Source of the DNA: an uncultured Gammaproteobacteria bacterium
Lineage (GTDB): Bacteria; Patescibacteriota; Patescibacteriia; JACRDY01
Reading direction: 5' to 3'
Length of the DNA stretch: 32,818 nt
NCBI GenBank assembly: GCA_964364745.1
Contig: CAYINJ010000005.1
Location: forward strand, 1 to 32,818
Shown: positions 16,525 through 25,148 of the stretch, in pieces
Position numbering within the stretch: the first letter of the stretch is position 1
Layout: every line of letters starts with the position of its first letter
Notes under the pieces: generated by a model
What the model was told of the DNA's origin: nothing
The model's database searches: none
Seen by the model: the letters and a program-made list of their open reading frames with translations, nothing else
Position numbers and translations under genes: made by a program

Positions 16525-18561
16525 CTACGGCGTCTTAGGATCGGGCCACTCGGGCCAGAGCGGTCGCGGACAAGCACTGCCAAACTGGGGATCGTAGGCG
16601 GGGTCACTGGCATCGGGCCAAACCGTGTCATTACAACACGACGGGCTAGGGTCGCCGGGCAAACAACCCCCGGCCACATCACTGCCCGCGCCGGACGGGA
16701 AATAGCAGTTTTGGTAAACGTCGCGGATACCAGCGGTGTAGTAACTAGCGTAATCAAAGCGGGTTTGGCCGGTGGCGGCGCGTTGATAGGGATCGTGGTT
16801 GGTGGTCACCCGGCTCTGATCGTCCCGATAACCGTCGCCGTCCCGATCAATGTTTTCCATCCCCGGCCAGTAGGGTAGATTTTCTGGATAGTTTTTACCG
16901 TCAATCGTGACCACATTACCGTCCGAAGCTAAGATGACTGATTCACCACCCACCAGTGAGCGGGCCATCAGCACTTTGTTAAACAGCACTACCGTCGGGT
17001 CATTGACATCCACCGCGACAAATGACGCCACCGCCGGGCTGGCCGTCTCAACAATCGGCGCGGTAATGTCGATAGTATTGTTGGTCACAAAGTTCCAAAA
17101 ATAATTGTCCGCCGTGGGGCCGATAGCGCAGTCGCAGTGGTTAGCGTTCAATTCGGCCTGGCCAAAACAGTTCAGGCCGGTCTGACCGGCGGCGACACTG
17201 CACTGCGCGCCGTTTTCGCCATTGCCGTTAAGCGAGTTCGCGGCCATGTCGACCACACCGTCATAGCCGATGTCAGCCAGCCACTTCGCGGTCGGGCCAG
17301 CTGGCACGTCCGGTTCACTGGCCGGTTCCAGTTGAGCGGCTTTGACCACCACTTTCAGATTGGCGTTAGCCGGCAAACAATAGACGTCTTCGCCACAAGA
17401 GTTTTCACCACACAGGTCGGTGGTCGTAAACTCGACCGTGCGGTATTGATTGGCAATGGAAAACGATCCGACCACGGGGGTAGTGGCGCTGTCAGTGACC
17501 TGGAGGACTTGAATTTTATCAAAAGTGACCTGGCCGGACTCATCGACGTTACTAGCCACTGACACCGTGGTCGGGTCAACCGCTTCATTGAAATTAATCT
17601 GGACTACCACGTTGCGTGGTTCAATGTTACTGGGGGATGGATAGACACTCTCGACGCGCGGTGGAACGAGGTCGATGAAGGTGCCCACTTCGAAATCCCA
17701 CTGGTAGTAGCTGTTGGCGCCGCTGGCCGCGAAAGCCGACTCCCCCCGGCTGGTTTCGATGCCGTTGGTTAGTTTGACGGTGTAATACATCCGCTCGCTG
17801 GGGCTGCCCAAATACTCGACTGGATCAAAGACAAAGGTGCGCTCCCCCACTATCCGAACCTGGACATCAGCCGCCCCTAGCGCTTGGACTTCGCCGCGAT
17901 CAGCCGCCGCCGGATCACTAGCAAAAATCTTGACGTGATCAGTGTTCAACTCATAATTCACATCATCCACGGCTTGGCCGACAATAGTGTCGACCCGCAT
18001 GGGTTCTTTGAACGTCACCACGATCAACGTATTGCGGGGGATACAGCCGGTCGTGGCTGGTGGCGCTTCGAGACAATGCGCGCCGCGGGCTGGGTAGTGA
18101 CTCTCAATGATGCCATCGCCCAGCGCCCCACGGCCAAAGGTAAATGGAATCTCATTGCCCCCGCCAAACAGGTTACCCGTCCCGTAGCCCAACGCTTTCA
18201 AGACAAAAGTAACGATGCTAAAGGCCAAGACGATAATCAACAAACCAATCGCCCAGTTGGTCATCACTTTTTTGGCGGTTTCAATTTTCGCTTCTTCACC
18301 GCCGGAGGTCATCCATAACCATCCGCCGTACAAAATAATGACGATCGAAATCAGTCCGACCAGTCCCAACGCGACTTGGACAATCCGCGCGACGATGACT
18401 CGGATATCGGTCCCCGCCAAGCCAGTGGCTTCCCCGACCGAAGTCAGGCCGAGATCGGGTTGGGCCAGAGCGGGAGTGACGTAAAACAAAACCATGAGCA
18501 ACACTCCCCCGAGCGCGCCCATGGTTATCAACGTCTTTAGTTTTCCCAAACGTGACCGCAT
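16525..18561 (-). CDS. VirB2/TrbC-like pilin fused to Ig-like (Big_5-like) domains, 678 aa
   Basis: Signal peptide ending ALA-Q; YGGWLWMTSGGEEAKIETAKKVMTNWAIGLLIIVLAF; PRNTLIVVTFKEPM, DLVPPRVESVYP..PRNVVVQINFNEAVD, DITAPIV..LFNKVLM; Cys-rich tail. Confidence 0.85.
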   Translation of the reverse strand: MRSRLGKLKTLITMGALGGVLLMVLFYVTPALAQPDLGLTSVGEATGLAGTDIRVIVARIVQVALGLVGLISIVIILYGGWLWMTSGGEEAKIETAKKVMTNWAIGLLIIVLAFSIVTFVLKALGYGTGNLFGGGNEIPFTFGRGALGDGIIESHYPARGAHCLEAPPATTGCIPRNTLIVVTFKEPMRVDTIVGQAVDDVNYELNTDHVKIFASDPAAADRGEVQALGAADVQVRIVGERTFVFDPVEYLGSPSERMYYTVKLTNGIETSRGESAFAASGANSYYQWDFEVGTFIDLVPPRVESVYPSPSNIEPRNVVVQINFNEAVDPTTVSVASNVDESGQVTFDKIQVLQVTDSATTPVVGSFSIANQYRTVEFTTTDLCGENSCGEDVYCLPANANLKVVVKAAQLEPASEPDVPAGPTAKWLADIGYDGVVDMAANSLNGNGENGAQCSVAAGQTGLNCFGQAELNANHCDCAIGPTADNYFWNFVTNNTIDITAPIVETASPAVASFVAVDVNDPTVVLFNKVLMARSLVGGESVILASDGNVVTIDGKNYPENLPYWPGMENIDRDGDGYRDDQSRVTTNHDPYQRAATGQTRFDYASYYTAGIRDVYQNCYFPSGAGSDVAGGCLPGDPSPSCCNDTVWPDASDPAYDPQFGSACPRPLWPEWPDPKTP

Positions 18562-18600
18562 GGTGTTTAACCCAAAAATTTTTGTTTCGTAGTTCCGCGC

Positions 18601-19047
18601 CTAACCTAGCAATTTTTTTACCAGCTGACTGACCACCGCGCCATCGGCCCGACCGGCCGCCGCTTTGACTACTCGGCTCATCACGGCGCCAAACTGGGGG
18701 GCGGGCCCCGCGGCGGCAATTACCTCTTTGATCAGCGCTTCCAAAGCGTCCGGCGACAGTGGCTCGGGCAGATATTTACTCAAGATGGCCAACTCGGCTT
18801 CTTCTTTGGCCGCCAGGTCGGGCCGGCGGCCGGCGGTAAATTCCCCGATCGCCTCTCGGCGTTGCTTGACTTGTGACTGGAGAACAGCCAGGGCGATCTC
18901 ATCGGTCATGGCTTGGCCAACCATTGCTGGCTCTTTGGCTTTCTTCTGCAATTCTGACCGGACCAGCCGCAAGGTGTCAACAACCGGCGCGTCTTGGGCG
19001 CGGTGCGCGGCTAGAAAATCAACTTCGATGGTTTCGAGTAACGACAC
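18601..19047 (-). CDS. yqeY: GatB/YqeY domain protein
   Basis: VKQRREAIGEFTAGRRPDLAAKEEAELAILSKYLP and GRADGAVVSQLVKKLL; directly downstream of rpsU. Confidence 0.92.
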   Translation of the reverse strand: MSLLETIEVDFLAAHRAQDAPVVDTLRLVRSELQKKAKEPAMVGQAMTDEIALAVLQSQVKQRREAIGEFTAGRRPDLAAKEEAELAILSKYLPEPLSPDALEALIKEVIAAAGPAPQFGAVMSRVVKAAAGRADGAVVSQLVKKLLG

Positions 19048-19058
19048 AAGGGTAAAAA

Positions 19059-19289
19059 TTATCGCTTCCGTTCGTCAGTTAACTTACCGATCTTTTTCAA
19101 GTATTCGCGCTGGGTACTGGACTCCAGCCGGTGGAGGGCCGATTTTTGGCGGGCGGTTTTGCTCTTGGCCTTAGTCCGATAGCGAATTTTTTTGGCCTGA
19201 ATGACCTGGCCGCTTTCGATTACTCGGCGCTGCCAGCGACGTAAAAGGGCGTCAAAGGACTCCCCTTTCTTTCGTTTCGTTTCTACCAC
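19059..19289 (-). CDS. rpsU: 30S ribosomal protein bS21
   Basis: 76 aa, basic; KKGESFDALLRRW matches the bS21 N-terminal pattern; rpsU-yqeY synteny; SD GAAAGGAAGGTGA before the GTG. Confidence 0.85.
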   Translation of the reverse strand: MVETKRKKGESFDALLRRWQRRVIESGQVIQAKKIRYRTKAKSKTARQKSALHRLESSTQREYLKKIGKLTDERKR

Positions 19290-19381
19290 ATGTCACCTTC
19301 CTTTCTAAAGAAAATAGTTAATATCAATAGAGACGCGTCTGACTGGTTGGTCTAAAATAAGCCAAACGTTCTCTCTCCCAG

Positions 19382-19410
19382 AGAATAACAGGATTTTTCC
19401 TAAAAGTCAA
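19382..19410 (-). promoter_or_regulatory. Putative sigma70 promoter for rpsU-yqeY (possibly also the pilin cassette)
   Basis: TTGACT(19410-19405)-N17-TATTCT(19387-19382) with an extended TG. Confidence 0.65.
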
Positions 19411-19418
19411 AAAATTAC

Positions 19419-19754
19419 CTAGACGTGGTTACTAAGCTGCTTGCCGCCCAAAACATGAAGGTGGAGGTGATCAACGATTTGGCCGCCATCAGCGCCATTG
19501 TTCACAATCACCTTGTATCCGGTCTGGGTTATCCCGGTCGTTTCAGCCGTGATTCTGGCTTGATTTAACAGCGCGCCAAGCAGCTCTTGCCGGTCCGAAG
19601 TCATGGTGCCAAGTGATGGAATGTGCTCTTTGGGCACCACCAAATAATGAACCGGCGCGGACGGCTTGATGTCGGCAAAGACCATCAATCGATCGTCTTC
19701 GTACAAAAACTCGGTTGGTAATTCGTGATTGGCGATGGAACAGAAGACGCACAT
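19419..19754 (-). CDS. Histidine triad (HIT/Hint) nucleotide-binding protein
   Basis: MCVFC start at 19754, DIKPSAPVHYLVVPKEHI and GQIVDHLHLHVLGG. The longer ORF-track start overlaps hisS. Confidence 0.95.
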   Translation of the reverse strand: MCVFCSIANHELPTEFLYEDDRLMVFADIKPSAPVHYLVVPKEHIPSLGTMTSDRQELLGALLNQARITAETTGITQTGYKVIVNNGADGGQIVDHLHLHVLGGKQLSNHV

Positions 19755-19764
19755 ATGTCTGGCC

Positions 19765-21174
19765 TTAGTGGCTTTTAACTTCCCGCAAATCGCGGAGACG
19801 CTTTTTGACTTCGTTGACGATCTTGTCAAAGCTGACGGTTTCTTGCACCCCACCTTCCATGTCGCGAAGCAGGACCGTGTCTTCCAGCACTTCTTTCTGG
19901 CCCAAGATCAAGACGTAGCGCGCGCCCATCTTATCAGCCAACTCCAACTGGGATTTTAAGCTGTCTTTGGCAAACATCTGCCCAACCGCTAATTTTTCTT
20001 TGCGGAACTCTTCAAATAAGGGGAAGGCCTTTTGTTTGGCCTGTTCACCAACTTGCGCCAAGAAGACCTTCGGTTTGGTCGGCGGCGGCGGTTCTTTCTC
20101 TTGTCGTTTCATCTCTAAGATGGCGCGCTCCAACCCAATGCCGACACCGCAGGCCGGCGTCTGTTCGCGGCCGCCCAAGAGCTCGATCAAACCATCGTAG
20201 CGGCCACCACCACAGAGCGCACTTTGGCGTTTAATTTCACCCTCCGCATTGGCTTTGACCACCGGTAATACTTCAAAGACGGTTTTAGTGTAGTAATCTA
20301 GGCCCCGCACCAGGGTCGGCTCCAAGACATACGGTACGCCCATGGCATCGAGGTATTCCAACACTTTCATGAAGTGGTGTTTGCTATCGTCGTCGAGCCA
20401 ATCCACGATTTGCGGCGCCTCTTCAATTAACTCCGCCATGCCATCGGTTTTGCTGTCCAGTAAGCGCAAGGGGTTTTTGCCTAAGCGACGTTGGTCGTCC
20501 GGCGACAGATGTTTGCGGTGACGACGGAAATAGGCCACCAGCTGCTTAATATACTCCTTGCGACATTCCGTCGTGCCAATGCTATTAATGTGAATGGTGG
20601 TGGCAATGCCAAGTTCTTTGTAAAACAAATAGGTCAGGAAGATAATTTCCGCGTCGACCGCCGCCGAGGCCTCACCGATCATTTCCATCCCGAACTGGTG
20701 GTGTTGGCGGACGCGGCCCGACTGGGGGTTTTCGTGCCGAAACATCGGCCCGATATAGAAAAACTTCACCGGTTGCGATTGGTTGACCATGCCGTGTTCG
20801 ACATAGGCCCTAGCCACACCGGCGGTGCCTTCCGGTCGCAGGGTAATTGACTCCCCACCCAGATCAGTAAAGGTGTACATTTCTTTTTCGACGATGTCGG
20901 TCGCCTCACCGATCGTCCGACGAAACAGTTTGGTCATTTCCAAGATCGGGGTGTCAATGCGCTGATAGCCGTAGTAGGTGGCGAGCTTTTCGGCCTTGTC
21001 GCGCAGCTTATTCCAGTAGTGCTGCTCCGTCGGCAAGGTGTCCTTCATCCCCTTGAGCAGCTGAATATTGCGACTGTCGGGTCGTGGTTTGGGCGCGATG
21101 GGAGCGGCTAGTGGTTTGGCGGCTGGTCGGGCGGTAAATTTCATGGCTGGTTTTTTAGGCAGACGAGTAATCAA
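19765..21174 (-). CDS. hisS: Histidine--tRNA ligase
   Basis: KEMYTF, LRPEGTA, FRHENPQSGR, LVRGLDYY and GGGRYDGL. Start is either TTG 21174 or ATG 21144. Confidence 0.98.
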   Translation of the reverse strand: MITRLPKKPAMKFTARPAAKPLAAPIAPKPRPDSRNIQLLKGMKDTLPTEQHYWNKLRDKAEKLATYYGYQRIDTPILEMTKLFRRTIGEATDIVEKEMYTFTDLGGESITLRPEGTAGVARAYVEHGMVNQSQPVKFFYIGPMFRHENPQSGRVRQHHQFGMEMIGEASAAVDAEIIFLTYLFYKELGIATTIHINSIGTTECRKEYIKQLVAYFRRHRKHLSPDDQRRLGKNPLRLLDSKTDGMAELIEEAPQIVDWLDDDSKHHFMKVLEYLDAMGVPYVLEPTLVRGLDYYTKTVFEVLPVVKANAEGEIKRQSALCGGGRYDGLIELLGGREQTPACGVGIGLERAILEMKRQEKEPPPPTKPKVFLAQVGEQAKQKAFPLFEEFRKEKLAVGQMFAKDSLKSQLELADKMGARYVLILGQKEVLEDTVLLRDMEGGVQETVSFDKIVNEVKKRLRDLREVKSH

Positions 21175-21210
21175 ACTTAGTAAGAGTAGAAAGTCAGACC
21201 GGCGATGACT

Positions 21211-21825
21211 TTAGCGCGGCACATTGTACTGGGGAGACGCGAATACGGTGATGCGATTAAACGGCCAGCCCCGGAAGAGCGCCCGACCGACGATCTGATT
21301 GCTCGTGACCGGCCCAAATGACCGCGAGTCCAAACTGGCCCCGCGATTGTCACCTAAGACAAAGTAGGTCTGCGGCTCTAAGACGACGGTTTGATTCCCT
21401 TCAGTGGCCAGGCCAGTCGGCAGATAGGCACTTTCATCTAGGGTCACGCCCAATGGATACTCGGCGTTCATGACTCGGACTTTGCCTTCGCCAATCGTGA
21501 CGGTTTCGCCCGGCAAACCAACCACTCGCTTGATGAAGAACTCCGTATCGTCTGTCGGCGGATGAAACACGACAATGTCCCCGCGGCTGGGCTGCGCCGT
21601 AAACCGATAGGTGAACTCATCGATAATCAAATACTCATAATTATAAAAATTCGGCTCCATCGATGCGCCTTTGACATAAAACGGCTGGATCAAGAAGTAG
21701 CGCACTGGGATAATGATCGCCAGTGAGATAACGACTATTTTAACTACCTCAAAGGCAAATGAGGCCGCCGCTCGGAGTCGACTCTTCGTCGAAAAAGATG
21801 TGCCGTCTGATTGAATAAATAGCAT
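21211..21825 (-). CDS. lepB: Signal peptidase I
   Basis: GASMEPN (catalytic Ser), RGDIVVF, FIKRVVGLPGE (catalytic Lys) and GDNRGASLDSRSFG. ATG 21825 is preferred because the TTG at 21876 coincides with the -35 box. Confidence 0.96.
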   Translation of the reverse strand: MLFIQSDGTSFSTKSRLRAAASFAFEVVKIVVISLAIIIPVRYFLIQPFYVKGASMEPNFYNYEYLIIDEFTYRFTAQPSRGDIVVFHPPTDDTEFFIKRVVGLPGETVTIGEGKVRVMNAEYPLGVTLDESAYLPTGLATEGNQTVVLEPQTYFVLGDNRGASLDSRSFGPVTSNQIVGRALFRGWPFNRITVFASPQYNVPR

Positions 21826-21847
21826 AAAATAAGCAAAAAGTACTGGC

Positions 21848-21876
21848 AGTATATCAAAGTAAACGACAAAAATCAA
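21848..21876 (-). promoter_or_regulatory. Putative promoter for lepB-hisS-HIT
   Basis: TTGATT(21876-21871)-N17-TATACT(21853-21848) with an extended TG. Confidence 0.65.
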
Positions 21877-21927
21877 ATCCCCCTCTTGCCCCAGTTATGT
21901 TGATCAACCACTCTCCAGGTTTGCCCC

Positions 21928-21956
21928 TTGTCTGCCTGGTAGTTTTGGTCTACAAT
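21928..21956 (+). promoter_or_regulatory. Putative promoter for the LCP gene (near-leaderless)
   Basis: TTGTCT-N17-TACAAT, 9 nt before ATG 21966. Confidence 0.6.
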
Positions 21957-21965
21957 CAAGGTCAC

Positions 21966-23423
21966 ATGTATCCGGTCAAGGTCGATCTATCGCGCATCAG
22001 CCACGAACTTCACGGTGCGCCCATCACTCCGACACCTTCTCCCGTGTCCTCGCCGCGGCCGCGGCGACCCAAGCTGTTCGTCATGATCGGTCTTTTTTTG
22101 GTTATCTTGGTCGTCGGCTGGCGCGCGATCACGGCGCCCCCGGCCGATCCGACCGCGCCCCAGACATTTTGGACGCAGGTTAAACGGCTGGTCTTAAGTA
22201 ACGACCGCACCCTCACTGGCGAAGCTGACGACCGGATCAACTTATTACTCTTAGGCATGGGCGGCGTCGGCCACGACGGGCCGTACCTGACCGACACCAT
22301 TATTTTAGCCAGTTTCCAGCCCTCAACGAACCAGGTGTCATTGTTATCAATCCCCCGTGATTTGGAGATGCCGATCGCGGGGTACGGTTGGCGCAAGATC
22401 AATAATGCCAACGCTTACGGCGAAGCTGCTAAACCCGGCGCGGGTGGCGAGTTGGCGGGGCGGACCATTAGCACCGTCTTTCAAATACCCATTAATTATT
22501 ACGTGCGGATTGATTTTTCTGGTTTTACCGAGTTTATCGACGAGCTGGGCGGTATCAATGTCTGTGTGGACACTGCCTTTACCGACCAGCAATACCCCAC
22601 TGACGACTATGGCATCCAAACGGTGGAGTTTGCCGCCGGCTGCCAAGATATGGACGGCGCCCGCGCTTTGGAGTTCGTTCGCTCGCGCCATGGCAGCAAT
22701 GGCGAGGGTTCCGACTTTGCGCGCAGCCGGCGCCAGCAAAAAGTGATTTTAGCGGCCAAAGAAAAGTTTTTGTCTTTTTCCACTCTCGGCAACCCGTTGA
22801 CCATTCGCCGCCTGTATCGGCAGTTTGTCGATCACCTGGCGACCAACTTAGAACTCGGCGCGATGATCCGGCTGGCTGATTTGGCCCGCGGAGTATCCAA
22901 AGACAAGATTGTCACCTTGGGCCTGACCGAAGGTCCGGGTGGTCATCTTGAAACCATCATCGGCGAAGACGGTGCTTTCTTGCTCCAGCCACCGGGCGGC
23001 AATTACGACGAGATTCGTCAGCTGGTCGCTAATATGTTAACCACGGCGGCCACGGTTGTCGAAGTCATGCCGCCGCCGGCCCCCGAACCGACCCCGACGG
23101 CGGAGACCAAACAGGCCACCAAAGAAAAGGCCCGGGTTGAAATCCGCAACGGCACCTTCATCAGCGGTCTGGCCGGCGAGGTTCAAGTGCATTTACAAAC
23201 CCTGGGCTTCACTGTGCCGACCGTGGGTAATGCGCCGTTCCGCGACTTTGAGCGCACTGTCCTCTATGACCTGTCGGGCGGGAAATACCCGCAGACCGTG
23301 ACCGCTTTGACGACTGAATTGAATGCCAATCAGGCTTCAGTCATCCCCGGCTGGGTCAAAAACATTGCCGACAGTGATCTGGTGATCGTCTTAGGCAAGA
23401 CCGCCGGTGAAAAAGAATGGTAA
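21966..23423 (+). CDS. LCP (LytR-CpsA-Psr) family glycopolymer transferase with LytR C-terminal domain
   Basis: TM anchor; INLLLLG, TDTIIL, LSIPRDL, KINNA, FVRSRH and DFARSRRQQ; C-terminal VEIRNGTFISGLA...DLVIVLG. Confidence 0.93.
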   Translation: MYPVKVDLSRISHELHGAPITPTPSPVSSPRPRRPKLFVMIGLFLVILVVGWRAITAPPADPTAPQTFWTQVKRLVLSNDRTLTGEADDRINLLLLGMGGVGHDGPYLTDTIILASFQPSTNQVSLLSIPRDLEMPIAGYGWRKINNANAYGEAAKPGAGGELAGRTISTVFQIPINYYVRIDFSGFTEFIDELGGINVCVDTAFTDQQYPTDDYGIQTVEFAAGCQDMDGARALEFVRSRHGSNGEGSDFARSRRQQKVILAAKEKFLSFSTLGNPLTIRRLYRQFVDHLATNLELGAMIRLADLARGVSKDKIVTLGLTEGPGGHLETIIGEDGAFLLQPPGGNYDEIRQLVANMLTTAATVVEVMPPPAPEPTPTAETKQATKEKARVEIRNGTFISGLAGEVQVHLQTLGFTVPTVGNAPFRDFERTVLYDLSGGKYPQTVTALTTELNANQASVIPGWVKNIADSDLVIVLGKTAGEKEW

Positions 23424-23450
23424 TTCGGCGACCAAAACACTGCCCGCGGC

Positions 23451-23474
23451 GCGGTCGAGTCGCGACCGTTTTTT
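23451..23474 (+). terminator. Putative intrinsic terminator after the LCP gene
   Basis: GCGGTCG-AGTCG-CGACCGT followed by a T-tract. Confidence 0.6.
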
Positions 23475-23501
23475 GCTTTTTTAAGGCGAGCCCCCTATAA
23501 T
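23473..23501 (+). promoter_or_regulatory. Putative promoter for der (near-leaderless)
   Basis: TTGCTT-N17-TATAAT, 10 nt before ATG 23512; the -10 is flanked by the inverted repeat TAAGGCGA/TCGCCTTA. Confidence 0.7.
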
Positions 23502-23511
23502 CGCCTTAGCT

Positions 23512-24891
23512 ATGCCTAAATTACCCGTCATCGCCTTAGTCGGCCGAACGAACGTGGGTAAATCCACCCTGTTCAATCGACTAATTGGCGAGCCCAAAGC
23601 CATCACCGCCAACGTGGCCGGGACCACCCGGGACCGGAATTTTGGCGTGGTGGCGTGGCAGGGACAGGAGTGCACCTTGATCGATACCGGCGGTTTGGAC
23701 TTGGGTTACCTGCCAAAAAGTAAGCTCCCGAAGAAGTTAAAGCTTTCCCAGCGCGTCAATCCAGATGACTTGATCGAGACCAACATTGTTAAACAAGCTA
23801 CCGTGGCGATCAAGCAGGCCGATGTCTTATTGCTAGTCGTTGATGGTCAGGTCGGCATCCAGCCCGCCGATCGCACCGTGGCTAACATTGTCCGTAAAGC
23901 CGGCAAACCCGTCTGGCTAGTGGTGAACAAGGTAGAAAAGGCCTCAACTCGGCAAGACATTTGGGATTTCAAAAAATTGGGCCTCGGTGATCCGCAGGCG
24001 GTCTCGGCGCTGACCGGCGTTGGCACGGGTGATTTACTCGATCTCGTCTTCGCCGCGATTCCGTCGGCCCTGGGGGTCGAACCCGATACTCGCCCGATCC
24101 GGCTAGCTTTTATCGGCAAACCAAACGTCGGTAAGTCATCCTTGGTCAATCGCATCTTAGGCGAAGAGCGCGTCATTGTCTCTCCCATCCCTCATACCAC
24201 TCGGGAAGCCCAAGACACCGCTTTCTTGTACAAAAAACAACCGTTCGTGTTGGTCGATACCGCCGGCATCCGCCGATCGGCCTCGGCGCGGCGCGGCCTG
24301 GAGCGGGCCTCCGTGGCCCACTCGCTCTTGCATCTGAAGCGCTGCGATGTCGCCGTCTTAGTCGTCGATGTCCACGAACCACTGTCAATGCAAGATGAAC
24401 GTCTGGCCCATGAAGCCGTGGCCAGTCGGCTACCACTCATCATCGTCGGCAACAAATGGGACTTGATCACCGACAAAACCACCACCACCCAAGCCGAATA
24501 CCACCGCAAGTTTTTGGGGCACTTCCCGGCCTTGACCTGGGCACCGATGTTTTTCGTCTCGGCCGTCACCGGCCAGCGGGCGTTCCATATTCTCGACGCC
24601 GCCATCGCCGCCTATACGGCCGCCGGCCAAGCCTTGACGCCTGGTGAATTAGAAAAGCTGCTGAAACGTTCAGTTAAGCATCACCTACCGCCGCAGGCCA
24701 AGGGTAACATTCATCCGTTTATCTACGGCTTGAAGCAGGTCAAAACCCATCCCCCAAAATTTGAGTTGGTCATCCACCCCAAAGCCGAACTCCACGCTTC
24801 TTACTTACGATTTCTAGAAAATCAACTCCGGAGAGCGGCTGACTTCACTGGCACACCGATCCTTGTCCATCAAAAGTTTTACAAGAAATAA
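23512..24891 (+). CDS. der: Ribosome biogenesis GTPase Der (EngA)
   Basis: Two G domains (GRTNVGKS/DTGG/NKVE and GKPNVGKS/DTAG/NKWD) and a KH-like tail (SYLRFLENQLR..FTGTPI). Confidence 0.97.
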   Translation: MPKLPVIALVGRTNVGKSTLFNRLIGEPKAITANVAGTTRDRNFGVVAWQGQECTLIDTGGLDLGYLPKSKLPKKLKLSQRVNPDDLIETNIVKQATVAIKQADVLLLVVDGQVGIQPADRTVANIVRKAGKPVWLVVNKVEKASTRQDIWDFKKLGLGDPQAVSALTGVGTGDLLDLVFAAIPSALGVEPDTRPIRLAFIGKPNVGKSSLVNRILGEERVIVSPIPHTTREAQDTAFLYKKQPFVLVDTAGIRRSASARRGLERASVAHSLLHLKRCDVAVLVVDVHEPLSMQDERLAHEAVASRLPLIIVGNKWDLITDKTTTTQAEYHRKFLGHFPALTWAPMFFVSAVTGQRAFHILDAAIAAYTAAGQALTPGELEKLLKRSVKHHLPPQAKGNIHPFIYGLKQVKTHPPKFELVIHPKAELHASYLRFLENQLRRAADFTGTPILVHQKFYKK

Positions 24892-24895
24892 ACAT

Positions 24896-24924
24896 TTGAC
24901 TTCCTGGTTAATCCCAGCTAAAAT
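24896..24924 (+). promoter_or_regulatory. Putative sigma70 promoter for the small basic protein gene
   Basis: TTGACT-N17-TAAAAT. Confidence 0.7.
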
Positions 24925-24958
24925 CATTAATGAACAACGGTCCAACAGGAGATACTCC

Positions 24959-25129
24959 ATGGGCGTAGACCTCAAAACCCCTAACGGAAAGGACACTCGG
25001 TGGCTGAGCCGGCAACGTGGCTATCTGGAAACCAACGGCCCGATCAGTGAAAAAACGGCCGGTCAACTCCGCCGCATCATCACCAACGCGCGACGTCGCG
25101 TGAAGCGCCGCAAGTCAGCCGTCAAGTAG
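24959..25129 (+). CDS. Small basic hypothetical protein (56 aa)
   Basis: Has its own promoter, AGGAG 7 nt before the ATG and a downstream terminator. Sequence: MGVDLKTPNGKDTRWLSRQRGYLETNGPISEKTAGQLRRIITNARRRVKRRKSAVK. Confidence 0.7.
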   Translation: MGVDLKTPNGKDTRWLSRQRGYLETNGPISEKTAGQLRRIITNARRRVKRRKSAVK

Positions 25130-25148
25130 TCCGAACCGGCCATCCATC

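Noticed and set aside
16145-18405. Conjugative element/ICE suggested by the VirB2-like pilins
   Set aside because: No integrase, relaxase, VirB4/VirD4, att repeats or tRNA in the window; the genes are embedded among core genes.
19755-19853. ORF-track N-terminal extensions (HIT here; also ftsZ, lepB, LCP, CapA, dprA, pth and the 24863 ORF)
   Set aside because: They overlap neighbouring genes or promoter boxes; downstream ATGs match the family N-termini better.
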